A DNA stretch of 64,000 nt from Synechococcus sp. (lineage in GTDB: Bacteria; Cyanobacteriota; Cyanobacteriia; PCC-6307; Cyanobiaceae). Location: assembly GCA_047285805.1 (NCBI GenBank), contig JBJBCN010000002.1, positions 672,001 through 736,000 of the forward strand, written 5' to 3'. This document shows, piece by piece, positions 50,524 through 60,259 of this stretch. Position 1 is the stretch's first letter; the number at the start of each line of letters is the position of its first letter. Under the pieces are notes generated by a model. The model was not told where the DNA came from and searched no databases. It saw nothing but the letters and a program-made list of their open reading frames with translations. Both the position numbers and the translations under genes were made by a program.

Positions 50524-51021
50524 CTACCAACTCACGCCGTGCAACTTGGGCAAGGGAGCACTGCGGTAGGTCGTCGCAAAGAGCCGAGGAATCAGCCTGC
50601 TGTTGTACACACGAAATTCACGGGTCACGCAGACGTCGGGCTCACGAATGGCCTGATTGAGGACCACAGAGCCCTCCTCGTCGGAGATCGAACGATGAAA
50701 CGTTCCTGGTGGAATCCGCAGGATGTCGCCGCCGGTGTCCAGACGAACAATGTGATACGGGTAACTCCAACCAAAATTGACCAGAAAGAAGACACGCCCA
50801 CCCGTGAGAGCGAGCAGGTTGTCCTCCTGGTGCGGGTGCAAATAAAACTGCCAGGCCCCCGTGTTGGCATCATCGGGTGGGCTCACCGCTGGCCCGCTGT
50901 GGATGACCAAATCGCGGGCGTTGGACTGATCAACCGTGATGTCGAAGAAACGAACCGCCGGCGTATCGCGGAACTTCTCGTAGGGAATCAGCTCAAACAT
51001 TTGAGTTTGGGATGACTCCAT
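50524..51021 (-). CDS. Cupin-fold protein
   Basis: FYLHPHQED, LRIPPGTFHRS. Confidence 0.75.
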   Translation of the reverse strand: MESSQTQMFELIPYEKFRDTPAVRFFDITVDQSNARDLVIHSGPAVSPPDDANTGAWQFYLHPHQEDNLLALTGGRVFFLVNFGWSYPYHIVRLDTGGDILRIPPGTFHRSISDEEGSVVLNQAIREPDVCVTREFRVYNSRLIPRLFATTYRSAPLPKLHGVSW

Positions 51022-51105
51022 TGACTGCCGAGCGCTGGCTCAATGAACCGCACACCGTTGTCGACGAGCAGTGTGCTGGGATACCTAATAGCGAATTACT
51101 GCGGG

Positions 51106-52308
51106 TCAACCCTCGAGCTGTCGCCCCCGCCAGGTCCAGCCACGGCCCGTGGTCGTCTTCCAGATGCTGGCTGGAACAATCGCGGCGATGAGCAGTGCAC
51201 CAAGCCAGCTCAACCACCAATAACGAGTGGGTGTGCCAAAGCGCCAGGCACTCCAAAGACGGATTGCCAAGACGAGGAGCAACGACGTCGTCACGACGGC
51301 CAGGGTGGGCATAGACACAGATCCCAGCAGCAACCACTGCAGCAGCAGGACCACTGCGGAAAGCCAAGGCACAGCGAAGAGCAGGAGCACAACACCAACG
51401 CTCCCAGCCGCTTTGAACCCGTTGCGATCCACCCCAAGAAACCAATTTTTGGTCCAGCCTTCCCAGAGGGCTGTGAAGGTGCGATACATATGCAGATCTA
51501 CCAAATCAACGCCGAGCATGTAACGCAAACGCAACTGTGATTGCTTGATCTTGCGCGCAAGGGCGAGATCTTCGACAACCTCCGAAGCGACTCCGCGGTG
51601 ACCGCCAATGGCTCGATAACTGGAATGGCGAAACAGCATGAACGGACCCGCCGCAAACGCCGTTGGGTCATCCGGATCGTTGCTACGGCGAATCGGGAAA
51701 CCAAGGCCAAGCAACGTGGCCACGATCGGTTGCACCAACCACTCCGCCAGACAACTGCACTCCAGGCGCGGTGCCAGGGTCAACAGATCACTCCTTTGCG
51801 AACACGCCTCCTGCAGGGCCGCTTCAATCACCCCTGGCCGCAGGCGGACATCGGCATCCAAGAAGAGAAACCACTGGCTTGAGAGATCAGCATCAGGCCA
51901 GGACAGGGCCGCGCCGACGCTGGCGGGCCAGTTTTTGCCTGACCACCGCTCGCCCTTAGGCCGGGGACCGGCCTGCACGATGCTCCAACGCAAATCATTG
52001 CGCGGGCAGGCCTCGCGAATCGCGTCGGCCAGGACTTGGGTGTCATCGCTGGAGGCATCGTCGATCACCACGAGCTCAATCGGCCAGTCCGCCGGTGCCG
52101 CCGCGACGATGGCCTGGAGACAGTCCGTGATGTTGTCGTGTTCGTTGTAGGCCGGCACGAGGATCCGCAGCCAGCTGCAACCCTCGGGCCGTTCCTGCGA
52201 GTCACTTGCCCTCAGCCGCGGCGCACGTCCCAGTTGCAGCTCAAGGGCCAACAACAACAGCAGCAAGCAGGCACTGCTGGCGCTCGCCAGCCAAAGGATC
52301 AGCGGCAT
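51106..52308 (-). CDS. Glycosyltransferase family 2 membrane protein
   Basis: VPAYNE, DDASSD, WSGKNW, FLDAD, EDL, EGWTKNW. Confidence 0.88.
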   Translation of the reverse strand: MPLILWLASASSACLLLLLLALELQLGRAPRLRASDSQERPEGCSWLRILVPAYNEHDNITDCLQAIVAAAPADWPIELVVIDDASSDDTQVLADAIREACPRNDLRWSIVQAGPRPKGERWSGKNWPASVGAALSWPDADLSSQWFLFLDADVRLRPGVIEAALQEACSQRSDLLTLAPRLECSCLAEWLVQPIVATLLGLGFPIRRSNDPDDPTAFAAGPFMLFRHSSYRAIGGHRGVASEVVEDLALARKIKQSQLRLRYMLGVDLVDLHMYRTFTALWEGWTKNWFLGVDRNGFKAAGSVGVVLLLFAVPWLSAVVLLLQWLLLGSVSMPTLAVVTTSLLLVLAIRLWSAWRFGTPTRYWWLSWLGALLIAAIVPASIWKTTTGRGWTWRGRQLEG

Positions 52309-53354
52309 AAGGCGCTGGTCAACACCCAACGGTGCAGCTCCAAGGTCGAGCGAATCGAGGCGATCACCTTGCTCTCCGGTGGTTGGTCTAGGGTTCGGCT
52401 CCACTGCTCGAGGCAGTTCGATGCCGCCGAACGAGAGGCGAGATCCAAAGCATCACAGTGCAACTGATCGGCACAAGCCTTGACCTTGGGGTCATAACTC
52501 AAAGCAGAGACGGGTGCACCGGACAGTGCCGCCAGGATCAGGGCGTGCAGACGCATCGCCAGAACCAACCCAGAGGAACGGAACACCGCCATCGCCTCCC
52601 TTGGGTTCTCCGCCTGGAGTTGACGGCTGCGCCGGGATAACGCCTCAGGGATGAGGCCCTCGTTGCGGAAGTGCTCGAGAAGGGAATGGTCCTGTTCGCA
52701 GTGGAAGGGAAGCCAGAGCACCTCGCGATCGGCCTGGGCCGCCAATTGATCAAGCGCTTCGAGATAGGGGATCCAATCGGAACCTTGAAGCAAAGGCGTC
52801 GGACGCCAGCAGACCACGATCGGGCCTCCACGGCCCAGCCACTGCTGTTGGGGCAAGAACCAGACCGCATCACCGGCATCCTTACCATCACAGCCAAGAC
52901 GGCGAGCCAAGGTTGCCGATTCCGGGTCACGCCAACTGAGGGCCGTGGTCAACGACAACAGGAGACGGACCAACGCACGGCTGCGCCGGCGTTTCAACGG
53001 GCCCAAGCCCTGGGCCCAAAGCACGACAGGTTTGCCCTGCAGGCGCGCCGCCATGATCAGAGCGCCGTAATAAAGCAGGCTCTTGAAGCTTGTGCTGTCC
53101 TGCAACAGGCTCCCGCCACCCAAGACCAAGGCCTGACAGGAGCGCAGACGAGCGAGAACCACCTTCAGGTCCCGTCGTTGAACGGTCTCAACGCCATGCA
53201 GCCGTTGAACTTGGCTCTGGTCAAAGGCCGTCACCACAGGGATGAGGGACTGGGGTAGTTCCCCAAGCAACGCCTGCAGCAAGGCGTCATCTCCCAGGTT
53301 GTGTTCGCCGTAGTAGCCGCAGAGCAGAACGGACTGGGGCACAGCACGCAACAC
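52299..53354 (-). CDS. csaB: Polysaccharide pyruvyl transferase
   Basis: CGYYGEHNLGDDALL, GGGSLLQD, AQGLGP, MRLHALI, YDPKV. Confidence 0.93.
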   Translation of the reverse strand: MLRAVPQSVLLCGYYGEHNLGDDALLQALLGELPQSLIPVVTAFDQSQVQRLHGVETVQRRDLKVVLARLRSCQALVLGGGSLLQDSTSFKSLLYYGALIMAARLQGKPVVLWAQGLGPLKRRRSRALVRLLLSLTTALSWRDPESATLARRLGCDGKDAGDAVWFLPQQQWLGRGGPIVVCWRPTPLLQGSDWIPYLEALDQLAAQADREVLWLPFHCEQDHSLLEHFRNEGLIPEALSRRSRQLQAENPREAMAVFRSSGLVLAMRLHALILAALSGAPVSALSYDPKVKACADQLHCDALDLASRSAASNCLEQWSRTLDQPPESKVIASIRSTLELHRWVLTSALCR

Positions 53355-53384
53355 GCATACCCAAGCTTCGCATCGATGCCAGCG

Positions 53385-53585
53385 CTAAGCAGCGGCCACC
53401 AGGCGCTGTCTCAGCAGAGGCAACTCCTCATCGATCCGCTCCCGGGCTAAATCGAGGGAGGAACAGGTGCCAAGGGAGAGGCCGCTGCGGTGGCGAATCT
53501 CAAAACAGTGGCGCTGATCGGGGGGAGCCAACAGCGCAATGCGGCAACCGCGATGAATCCAGGCAGGAGGCTGCTGTGATGTCAC
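53385..53585 (-). CDS. Small hypothetical protein
   Basis: WIHRGCRI...FEIRHRSGLSLG...ARERIDEELP. Confidence 0.5.
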   Translation of the reverse strand: MTSQQPPAWIHRGCRIALLAPPDQRHCFEIRHRSGLSLGTCSSLDLARERIDEELPLLRQRLVAAA

Positions 53586-53658
53586 GGATGAATCGAATGG
53601 ATCAAGTCCACTAGAGCGTTCACAGGACCAGTGATCAAGTTGCGGCCCGGAAGAAATC

Positions 53659-53853
53659 TCAAAGATTGGGAAGAAGTGCGGAGAGTTGCTCCTGAAATCC
53701 GCCCTTCGGCATGCCACCTTTGATCTCCCCTTTAAGGCTGAACTCGCCTTCTGGGTCTTCGACAACGAGGTAAGTCGGCCAGCCCATTCCTTCTTTCTTG
53801 GGGTACTGCGCCAACAGAACCTTGCGGTATTTCCGGTAGGTCTCCGTGTCCTG
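53659..53853 (-). pseudogene. Displaced 3' half of the thioredoxin-like gene (left att repeat)
   Basis: QDTETYRKYRKVLLAQYP...GWPTYL...GEIKGGMPKG with no 5' half; duplicates 62399-62584. Confidence 0.9.
53675..53853. repeat. 179-bp imperfect direct repeat, left copy (right copy 62406-62584)
   Basis: Manual alignment: about 10 substitutions and 2 one-base indels; ends in an identical 18-mer GTAGGTCTCCGTGTCCTG. Confidence 0.92.
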
Positions 53854-53964
53854 GCGTAGATGCGTCAACTTCCGAGAACCCGCTCCACGACTTCAGCTGC
53901 ACTGCAGCGGTTCTCGCTAGTTAGCTTTCCATAACGATCCGTATAGTCCAGACTAGGCACAGGC

Positions 53965-54315
53965 TTGGCACAGCCAGGGACCAAGAACCAGCGCGCTTTC
54001 AAAAAGCTGCTCGATAAGGCGAATGATCGCCTTGCTGGTGGGAAGCGGAAAGTACGAATAAATCTGCCTTCATTGAGCCACCGGACGTTATTTCTCAGAG
54101 CGACGCTTCCGCCGAAACCTGGAGAGCCGCCACGGGGCAACACACAGCAACGAATCCAGATCCCTTGCGAGGCATCTGCGCCAGGGTTGATCGAAGCGGA
54201 GAAACTCGCAATTCAGCTTGACGCAAGCAGCATTGCGACTGACAAAAGTGACCAATGCCACCAACCAATCGTTCATGCGCCGACTAAATCAGCCCGACTA
54301 ATGCCCTATGCCTGA
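53965..54315 (+). pseudogene. N-terminal remnant of a cyanobacterial XisA/XisC-like tyrosine integrase
   Basis: ANDRL...KVRI...LFLRATLPPKPG...QQRI...GLIEAEKLA; no catalytic domain follows. Confidence 0.75.
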
Positions 54316-54349
54316 GATGGTGCCAGGTATTGGGTGCTGATTTGTTGGC

Positions 54350-55377
54350 TTATTGGTGTGATTGTAGAAATAAAAAGCCCTTGCGTTTACAAGGGCTTTG
54401 GGTGGTTAGCCTACAAAACAGGTCTTCCCCTGATGGGTCTCTACGGTGTCTTTTTCGTGGTGGGTGTTGGCGCAAATCGTGCACCCGCACATCCCTATTA
54501 CTTAGCGTTGAGGTTAGGGCACTAACAGCGGCATTGGTTTTCAGTGTTTCTTTGCCAGGACCGCCATTGGTCTGGAAGCGCCACTTGATGTCTGCGGAGA
54601 AGCGTGACTTGAAGGCACTGTCATAAGAGAGGTTGGTGCCAACCGTTAGTCCGTTGTTGATGGCATAAGCGAGGCGACGCAAGACACCAGAGCCATCGGC
54701 TGCCCCTGCATCACCGTTTTGGTAGTAGTAACCAACAGATGCTCTTAGTGCTGGCGTCAGGTTGTAACCCGCATCTAAGCCATAGGTGTCTAGTGCACCG
54801 CCTTCATAGACGGTGTTGAGCTGGGAGTTGGTGGTGCCAGTGGGAAGGAGCGCATAGGCATTGAATGCCCACTTATCGCTCACCGCTTATGCATTGATGG
54901 CAGCCTGCTGGAAGAAGGCGGTGCGTGTGGCATAGACAGGGATGCCTGTATCCGCAGGACCCTTGCTCAAAGTGCAGGTGTCATAGCCCGCATTCAGTCG
55001 ATACATCCAACTGCGATCACCATTGAGCCAGCGATAGACCAAGCGAGATGAGGTGGAGATGGTGGTGCCAGCAACGGTGGTGTTGATGATGCTGCTGCTA
55101 TTACCCCAGTCCGAGAAGTTGGCATTCGCCAAGACATCAGCAAAGAAGACGCTGTTGCTGCCGACCACCATTGGAAGGAAGCCACACAGACCGGCTTGGT
55201 TGGGAGTGCCAGCGGCTTGCGTTTGCGCATGGATGCCGACCTGAGGTTTGACTAAGTCCTTGAGCTGAATGCTCATCACGCCCAAGTCACTGGCGCTGCT
55301 GTGCCCATCAGCTTTTGCAGGGAGAGTGGCGACTGCCAATGCAGATGCCATCACCCAATCGACAAGGTCCGCAACAT
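54350..55377 (-). pseudogene. Inverse-autotransporter beta-domain-like outer-membrane protein pseudogene
   Basis: MLRTLSIG, frameshift, MASALAV...DLGVMSI...AGTPNQAG...STSSRL.YRWLNGDRSWM...NA*AVSDKW (in-frame TAA 54887-54889)...RDVRVHD. Confidence 0.75.
54368..54399 (-). terminator. Hairpin with T-run on the minus strand
   Basis: AAAGCCCTTG-CGTTTA-CAAGGGCTTT. Confidence 0.6.
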
Positions 55378-55689
55378 CAGCACTGGTTTGTAGTTCCGCC
55401 GACGTTGCCATATGGAGAGCGCCGGTCTACTAGTCCTCAGTAAGCCGAAACGATGAGGGGATGGGGGAGCTATTGCACTCCCGCGCACGGACGCGCTGTC
55501 TTCAGTGCGCCTCCAGCTCGGTGATAGCGCTAGTGGCCTCAAAGGATCAACAAGGAGGGCGACCTGCCTGGCTATGTGGGCTAGAGACTTTTCCTACATC
55601 ACCCCCACCAGGGGCTTAGAGGAGTTTTCCCACATGGGCTAAGTAGACGTACCGATTGCAACGGCTACCGGTGCCGGCAGAATCAAGGC

Positions 55690-55749
55690 ATCCGGGACGA
55701 ATCCTGGGTAGGGAGATCTAGACCGCGGAGAAGCCACCGCGGTTTTTTT
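55690..55749 (+). ncRNA. Candidate small RNA 1
   Basis: CAGAAT -10-like hexamer at 55678; ends in an ACCGCGG/CCGCGGT hairpin plus T7; no + strand gene upstream. Confidence 0.45.
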
Positions 55750-55764
55750 ATGTCTACGGAAAAC

Positions 55765-56067
55765 TCAGTGCCCGGCGTGATCGCCTTCCTCGACGATGGA
55801 AACACTGACATTGCTGTGCGGCTCGCGGAGCGTTATCAGTTCCTGGTATTCAGTGGCGTCATAGGCAGCTTTCGCAGCAGCCAGGCTCTCGAATTCGATG
55901 ATCACGGTCAGATGGCCAGGGTTGCCTTCTCGAACATCAGTGTTCAGCTCTCGAACAAGGAAGCGTGCTCCGCATTTGGCGAGATAGGAGCCTGCAGCTT
56001 CGATGTAAGGCCCCATCCCTTCTGGGTTGGTGATTGAGCCCGCGACGTTCCAGTAGGCCTTGGCCAT
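55765..56067 (-). CDS. DUF1330 family protein
   Basis: MAKAYW...GARFLVR...EG...VIIEFES...YQELITLR. Confidence 0.88.
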   Translation of the reverse strand: MAKAYWNVAGSITNPEGMGPYIEAAGSYLAKCGARFLVRELNTDVREGNPGHLTVIIEFESLAAAKAAYDATEYQELITLREPHSNVSVSIVEEGDHAGH

Positions 56068-56214
56068 TTCCTTTTAGAAGCTCAGAGGATCCTTACACGC
56101 ATCTTTTGGATCAGATTCAGCCTTCCTGCCCGATAGGAGATCCGCAGGACAGTTCGCGGGCGGCAGGGAGTGTTGAGGTGGGGGCGACTGCGTCAGGCAG
56201 CGCCCCCGTAAGGA

Positions 56215-56487
56215 TTACGCGTAGATTTTGGCGATCAGCGGACCAGCTTCTTCGTCAGAGAGAACCGGAGTCACTTCCCAATCCAGGCACTCAGCCCACT
56301 CAGCCGCATGCTCGTAGCAAGCAGATGCATCATCCGCCTCAACAAGAATCCAACCTTGTACCGATCCAGGTGCGTGGAAGCGTTTCCAGGACTTGCACGC
56401 CGGGAAAGGAGCACCTGTCGCCATGAACTTTTTGGCGGCAATTTCGTGATAGCCGGTCTTGAAAGACCAGTGCATCAAAAAGGTCAT
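56215..56487 (-). CDS. DUF3303 family protein
   Basis: MTFLMHWSFKTG...RFHAPGS..GWILVEADD...EHAAEW...VTPV. Confidence 0.88.
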   Translation of the reverse strand: MTFLMHWSFKTGYHEIAAKKFMATGAPFPACKSWKRFHAPGSVQGWILVEADDASACYEHAAEWAECLDWEVTPVLSDEEAGPLIAKIYA

Positions 56488-57400
56488 GGAAAATTTGCTA
56501 ACCCACGCACAGTGACCGCAACGAAGTGAATCCATGCGTGTTAACCGCTACTGGCAAGCGTTTGCCTCTGGACCAACAGCTGCCCTAGCCACAGCTCGCG
56601 GCGGGGAATGTTGAGGAGGGGGGCTCCCGTATTGCCCCCCCTCCTGTATGAGAGAGAACCTTCTGCCCAGCACGAGCAGAAAGCCGTCGTGTTTTCCCTC
56701 CCCAAAACGGTATGAAGAGCGCATGTAAACGCCGGTTCTCGTAATCACTCCGATGGCATCTTTCAGTTACCAGCGTTTGTGCCCAACCAACATCTCCCCG
56801 ACTCACGGCTCAGTAACGCGGAGTGTTGTGGGGGAGCTTGGCACTCCCCCGTCTCGGACAACGACCTATGCACCGGTCGCTACCCCAGCTGTTATGGCTC
56901 TGGTCGACTCAGGAATGCAAGGGGCACCATGGAGGCACGACCAGCGGTCTAAACACCTGACTTACTGACCAGGAGCTGGCGGTCGAGTTCCGCTGGACAC
57001 TTCTCACCCGCTGGGGCGTAGGTGGCTTCAACGGGTAAGAGGTCGAGGGTGACGACTTCACCTGCAAGTGCGACCTATGCCGCAGGAACCGCCCCACCGC
57101 CTGGGGAAAGAAACATAGCTGATGGGATTCCTTGCTTTTCTTTTGGGCGCTAACCCAACCGTGACCGGAACGCCAGGATTCAAGTCGCCGACATGCCGGG
57201 CAGCTCACTGGGAGATTTGGAAATCACAGCGAACTGACCGGTGTTACGGGCTATCTCCGCCACGATTTCCTTCGGTGTTGCATACGTAGGGCCAAAGCAA
57301 GCAGTCCGAGAAAAGGCAGTGCTAGTCCAGTACTGAAGGACGGACGCGACTGTCGACGCCACTGCAAGTCGAATGGCTCAACGGGATACGCTGATGCTGC

Positions 57401-57414
57401 GTAGCGGTTGCTAC
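57401..57414 (+). promoter_or_regulatory. NtcA box just downstream of a -10 element (repressor position)
   Basis: GTAGCGGTTGCTAC; TACGCT at 57387-57392. Confidence 0.6.
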
Positions 57415-57423
57415 TGTTTGCGG

Positions 57424-57474
57424 ACGTTCGTTCCTCCCCTTGGGGAATGCATGATTTGGCAGCGAGGAACGGGG
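57424..57474 (+). ncRNA. Glutamine-II (Downstream-peptide) riboswitch-like leader
   Basis: CGTTC...CCCC-TT-GGGG...GCA...AGGAACGGG; CGTTCCT pairs with AGGAACG; sits upstream of an RBS and a short peptide ORF. Confidence 0.45.
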
Positions 57475-57496
57475 CTGTCATTTCGAGGCTCATGCC

Positions 57497-57598
57497 ATGA
57501 ATACACTCGCCCTCATTCGCGCCAAAATTCTCAAGGCCAAGCGTCTTGAGGAGGCTCAACTGGCCGGACTGAATCGCACCATGCTTCCTATCTTCTGA
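57497..57598 (+). CDS. 33-aa downstream-peptide-like small protein
   Basis: MNTLALIRAKILKAKRLEEAQLAGLNRTMLPIF; GAGG RBS at 57485; AAAGCG...CGCTTTTTT terminator-like sequence follows; too short for the ORF track. Confidence 0.6.
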   Translation: MNTLALIRAKILKAKRLEEAQLAGLNRTMLPIF

Positions 57599-58326
57599 TC
57601 GCAACTGCGTGAGCTCAAAGCGTCGTGCTGGGTCGCTTTTTTGGGCTTAACCGGGACTAGGGCAGCCCTTTCTGCGTCCATTGAGCGCAAGACGCAACCG
57701 CAATTACGACGCATTAAGGAAGGCCGCCTCTCCCCGGTGGAAGAGGCGGCCTACCTAGGTCGTTCATGCATGGGATACACCCATTTCTTGATGGACGAAA
57801 GATGGGTTCGGAGCTGCGGAGGGATGGCACCTGGGGCCATTGGTCCAGGTGTTGAGCGGTTGTCTCCGGAAGGGCACCTTGGACGATGCGGGTTGGAGTG
57901 TCGACAGTTCAGGCGTACAGATCAATGCCCGAACTGACGACCCACTCACGTCTTCAAAAGACTGTTGGAGCAGGGGCCATCAGTCAGCTCGCTCCTGCTG
58001 AAGCCTCAGGTGGAGTGTCGTTCATAAACGCCCCCGAAATCGATGCCAACACCATGCCCGCATAAGCGGCTTCTGGGCATCAGCCTTTTTGCGCATTGCC
58101 TTTCGAGGCCGATCGTCCGATAGTCAGGAAAGCGTGCCTGTGGTTGGAAGCCGCTAAGAGGCTCCACTCATCAGACGCCCTGAAGCTTCGCGGCGGTGCA
58201 TGACGCGATCGCCTGACTCTCTTGAAGGGGACTGGTTTTTCAGTGCATGAGGCAGCCTTCGGGTCGCCTTTTCTCTTGCCCCTTGGCATCCACCATGGGC
58301 ATTCTGGCTGCAGCCGCTTATAGGCC

Positions 58327-58527
58327 TTGCTTCGTCTGCTCATCGGGATCGGAGTCACCCTGCTTCCTCTGCAGTTGTGGTCGCACCCAAAGGGCATGTA
58401 TCCATCACAAGCGGCAGCGGCTAAGAGAGCTCAAGAGCTTGGATGCGAAGGAACTCATATGAATGAAGGGAAATGGATGCCATGCCTTGACGAGGCCTCG
58501 CTCCACCAAGCATTGCGAAAACAGTGA
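58327..58527 (+). CDS. DUF3721 family protein
   Basis: AAKRAQELGCEGTHMNEGKWMPC. Confidence 0.8.
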   Translation: MLRLLIGIGVTLLPLQLWSHPKGMYPSQAAAAKRAQELGCEGTHMNEGKWMPCLDEASLHQALRKQ

Positions 58528-58769
58528 ATCTTCGACGCACCCATCGAGTGATCGTGCCTGTAGCAGCCGTACCACTCCTTGTTATTTCCCTTTCAGGCTC
58601 GGTCTACAGCGGCTTGCTTGATCAAGGAATCGATGCCTTCTGGCTGTTAAGGCTGCATACCGGCCGGCTCGGACCAATTAATTTGCAGCCCTACTACTCA
58701 GTGATTCTTGGCCTATTGCCAATTGCATTGATTGCCTCTGGTGTATCACTATTGCTACCTAAAGGATGA
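58524..58769 (+). CDS. Small PepSY-TM-like membrane protein
   Basis: RRTHR...PLLVISLSG...WLLRLHTG; two TM segments. Confidence 0.7.
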   Translation: MNLRRTHRVIVPVAAVPLLVISLSGSVYSGLLDQGIDAFWLLRLHTGRLGPINLQPYYSVILGLLPIALIASGVSLLLPKG

Positions 58770-59198
58770 AGTCCAAGAAGTTCTACGTAGACGAAGGTCG
58801 CTTGAGTTGGGTCCTTCCATCCTTGACGAAGAAAAAGACAAAGTCGACCTAACGCAATGCTGATTACGCCCGAATCAGTCGTACTTAAGGGAGAGGTCTT
58901 CAGCGATGCGACTCGGATCGAGGGTCTGGACAGACCTGGCTGGACAAGGTTTCACACGTTGCAATATCACTGGCACAAAATACACTCCGGCCTCAGAAAG
59001 AACGTCGGAAGGGGTATTGGTAGGCGACTGGGGGAACCCAGCCACCACCACACGGATCGAGGAGTTCACGTCTCGTCCTCTGGAGTTATGGCAACGCCTA
59101 CGAAATGAGGCAACAGCGCTCCGGCCGCAGAACTCTCGGCTTTTTCCGTAGCTTGTTTCGACTGGTTGGGGCAGAATAATCCCAGCATCTCAACCTGG

Positions 59199-59657
59199 AT
59201 GAAGCGCCTTCTCGCATTCGGCACCATTGCCCTGACATTAGCTGCATGTAGTGCTAATCAAAAACCCCAAACGTCGCCCAATTCAACGAAACCTGAGATT
59301 CAGGAGGTCTTTAGTAGTGCTGAGACTTTGAATGGAACTGCTCTTAAGTACCCCTCAGGCAAACCAGAGCTGCGCCTCTACCGAGTTGAAATTCCTGCTG
59401 GAGGGAAGATTCCTCTCCATACTCACCCTGCTCCAATGATGGTTTATGTGCAAGGTGTCAGATCTGGTTCATTACTCAACACTCGAGTTCAGCCTGACGG
59501 GACTGAAGTTAAAACTGTTTTCAAGCCAGGTGAGGCATTTGTCGAAGGTGCCAATGAGCCTCATTACGTCGAGAATGTCGGCAAAGAGCCAACAATCGTT
59601 TGGGTAACAGCTGCTTCGGTCGAAGGCATGCCTACAACAGAGTTCATTGTCGAATGA
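59199..59657 (+). CDS. Cupin-domain lipoprotein
   Basis: LAAC lipobox; PLHTHP, GEAFVE...PH. Confidence 0.85.
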   Translation: MKRLLAFGTIALTLAACSANQKPQTSPNSTKPEIQEVFSSAETLNGTALKYPSGKPELRLYRVEIPAGGKIPLHTHPAPMMVYVQGVRSGSLLNTRVQPDGTEVKTVFKPGEAFVEGANEPHYVENVGKEPTIVWVTAASVEGMPTTEFIVE

Positions 59658-59693
59658 TTTCGACTTAGGTTGGCTGGGCTTGCGCAGGGCCTA

Positions 59694-60072
59694 CTACGGG
59701 CGCTTTTGGGGCTGAGCTGACATTCCGATGAGATTGTCGAGCTCGGCGATGCAAGCAACCATTGAGCTGGGTTGATTGGTCGCCAAGCTCTGTTGGGCAC
59801 CCTCCATCGACAGCCAGATGCACTGGGTCACGATCGCGGGGCGGTCGCACTCGCTGACCTCGAAGTCTTGCTTCAACAGGGCGTAAGCCTTCTTGACTGC
59901 GCGCTGGGCTGTGCGCCTGCTGCAGAAAGCACCCCCACCCCGCCGCCAGACGCGACCCAACGACACTGGGGCTGTTCCCGCGGCTGAGTAGGTCTAGAGC
60001 GGCTTCTACGCGGTAATTTAGTGCGGATTCATTGGTCTCTCCAGAGCCAGAGGAGGAGATTTCTGTAGGCAT
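59694..60072 (-). pseudogene. Frameshifted HTH-containing mobile-element protein
   Basis: RVEAALDLLSRG...LAAGWGC joins SRRTAQRAVKKAYALL... after an apparent 7-bp insertion near 59922-59928. Confidence 0.55.
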
Positions 60073-60259
60073 GAGCAAGCCCGACACCAGGTAGTGGTGT
60101 GAGCTGCTGGCTCATCTCTCTAGTGGTGTCGGTGTGTTCTGCTACCTCCATTGTTTCAGCAAGAGCGTTGGCAGCAATGACAAGTTGAGGTGAAATCACG
60201 ATTACAGCTCTTGCTCATGACTGGCGCGTCTAAGTCCATATGGACAAGATGGGCTTGTA

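Noticed and set aside
12..53258. Many long alternative-frame or antisense ORFs in the track (e.g. 10780-11781, 20582-21523, 48627-49541)
   Set aside because: Shadow ORFs of well-supported genes in high-GC DNA, with no recognisable motifs
55560..55680. Short repeats TTTTCC(T/C)ACAT and a GTA-N8-AAC upstream of sRNA candidate 1
   Set aside because: Only two imperfect copies, and the spacing to the -10 does not fit an NtcA-activated promoter
56900..57360. Possible decayed gene on the minus strand
   Set aside because: Multiple stops and no family recognisable by eye
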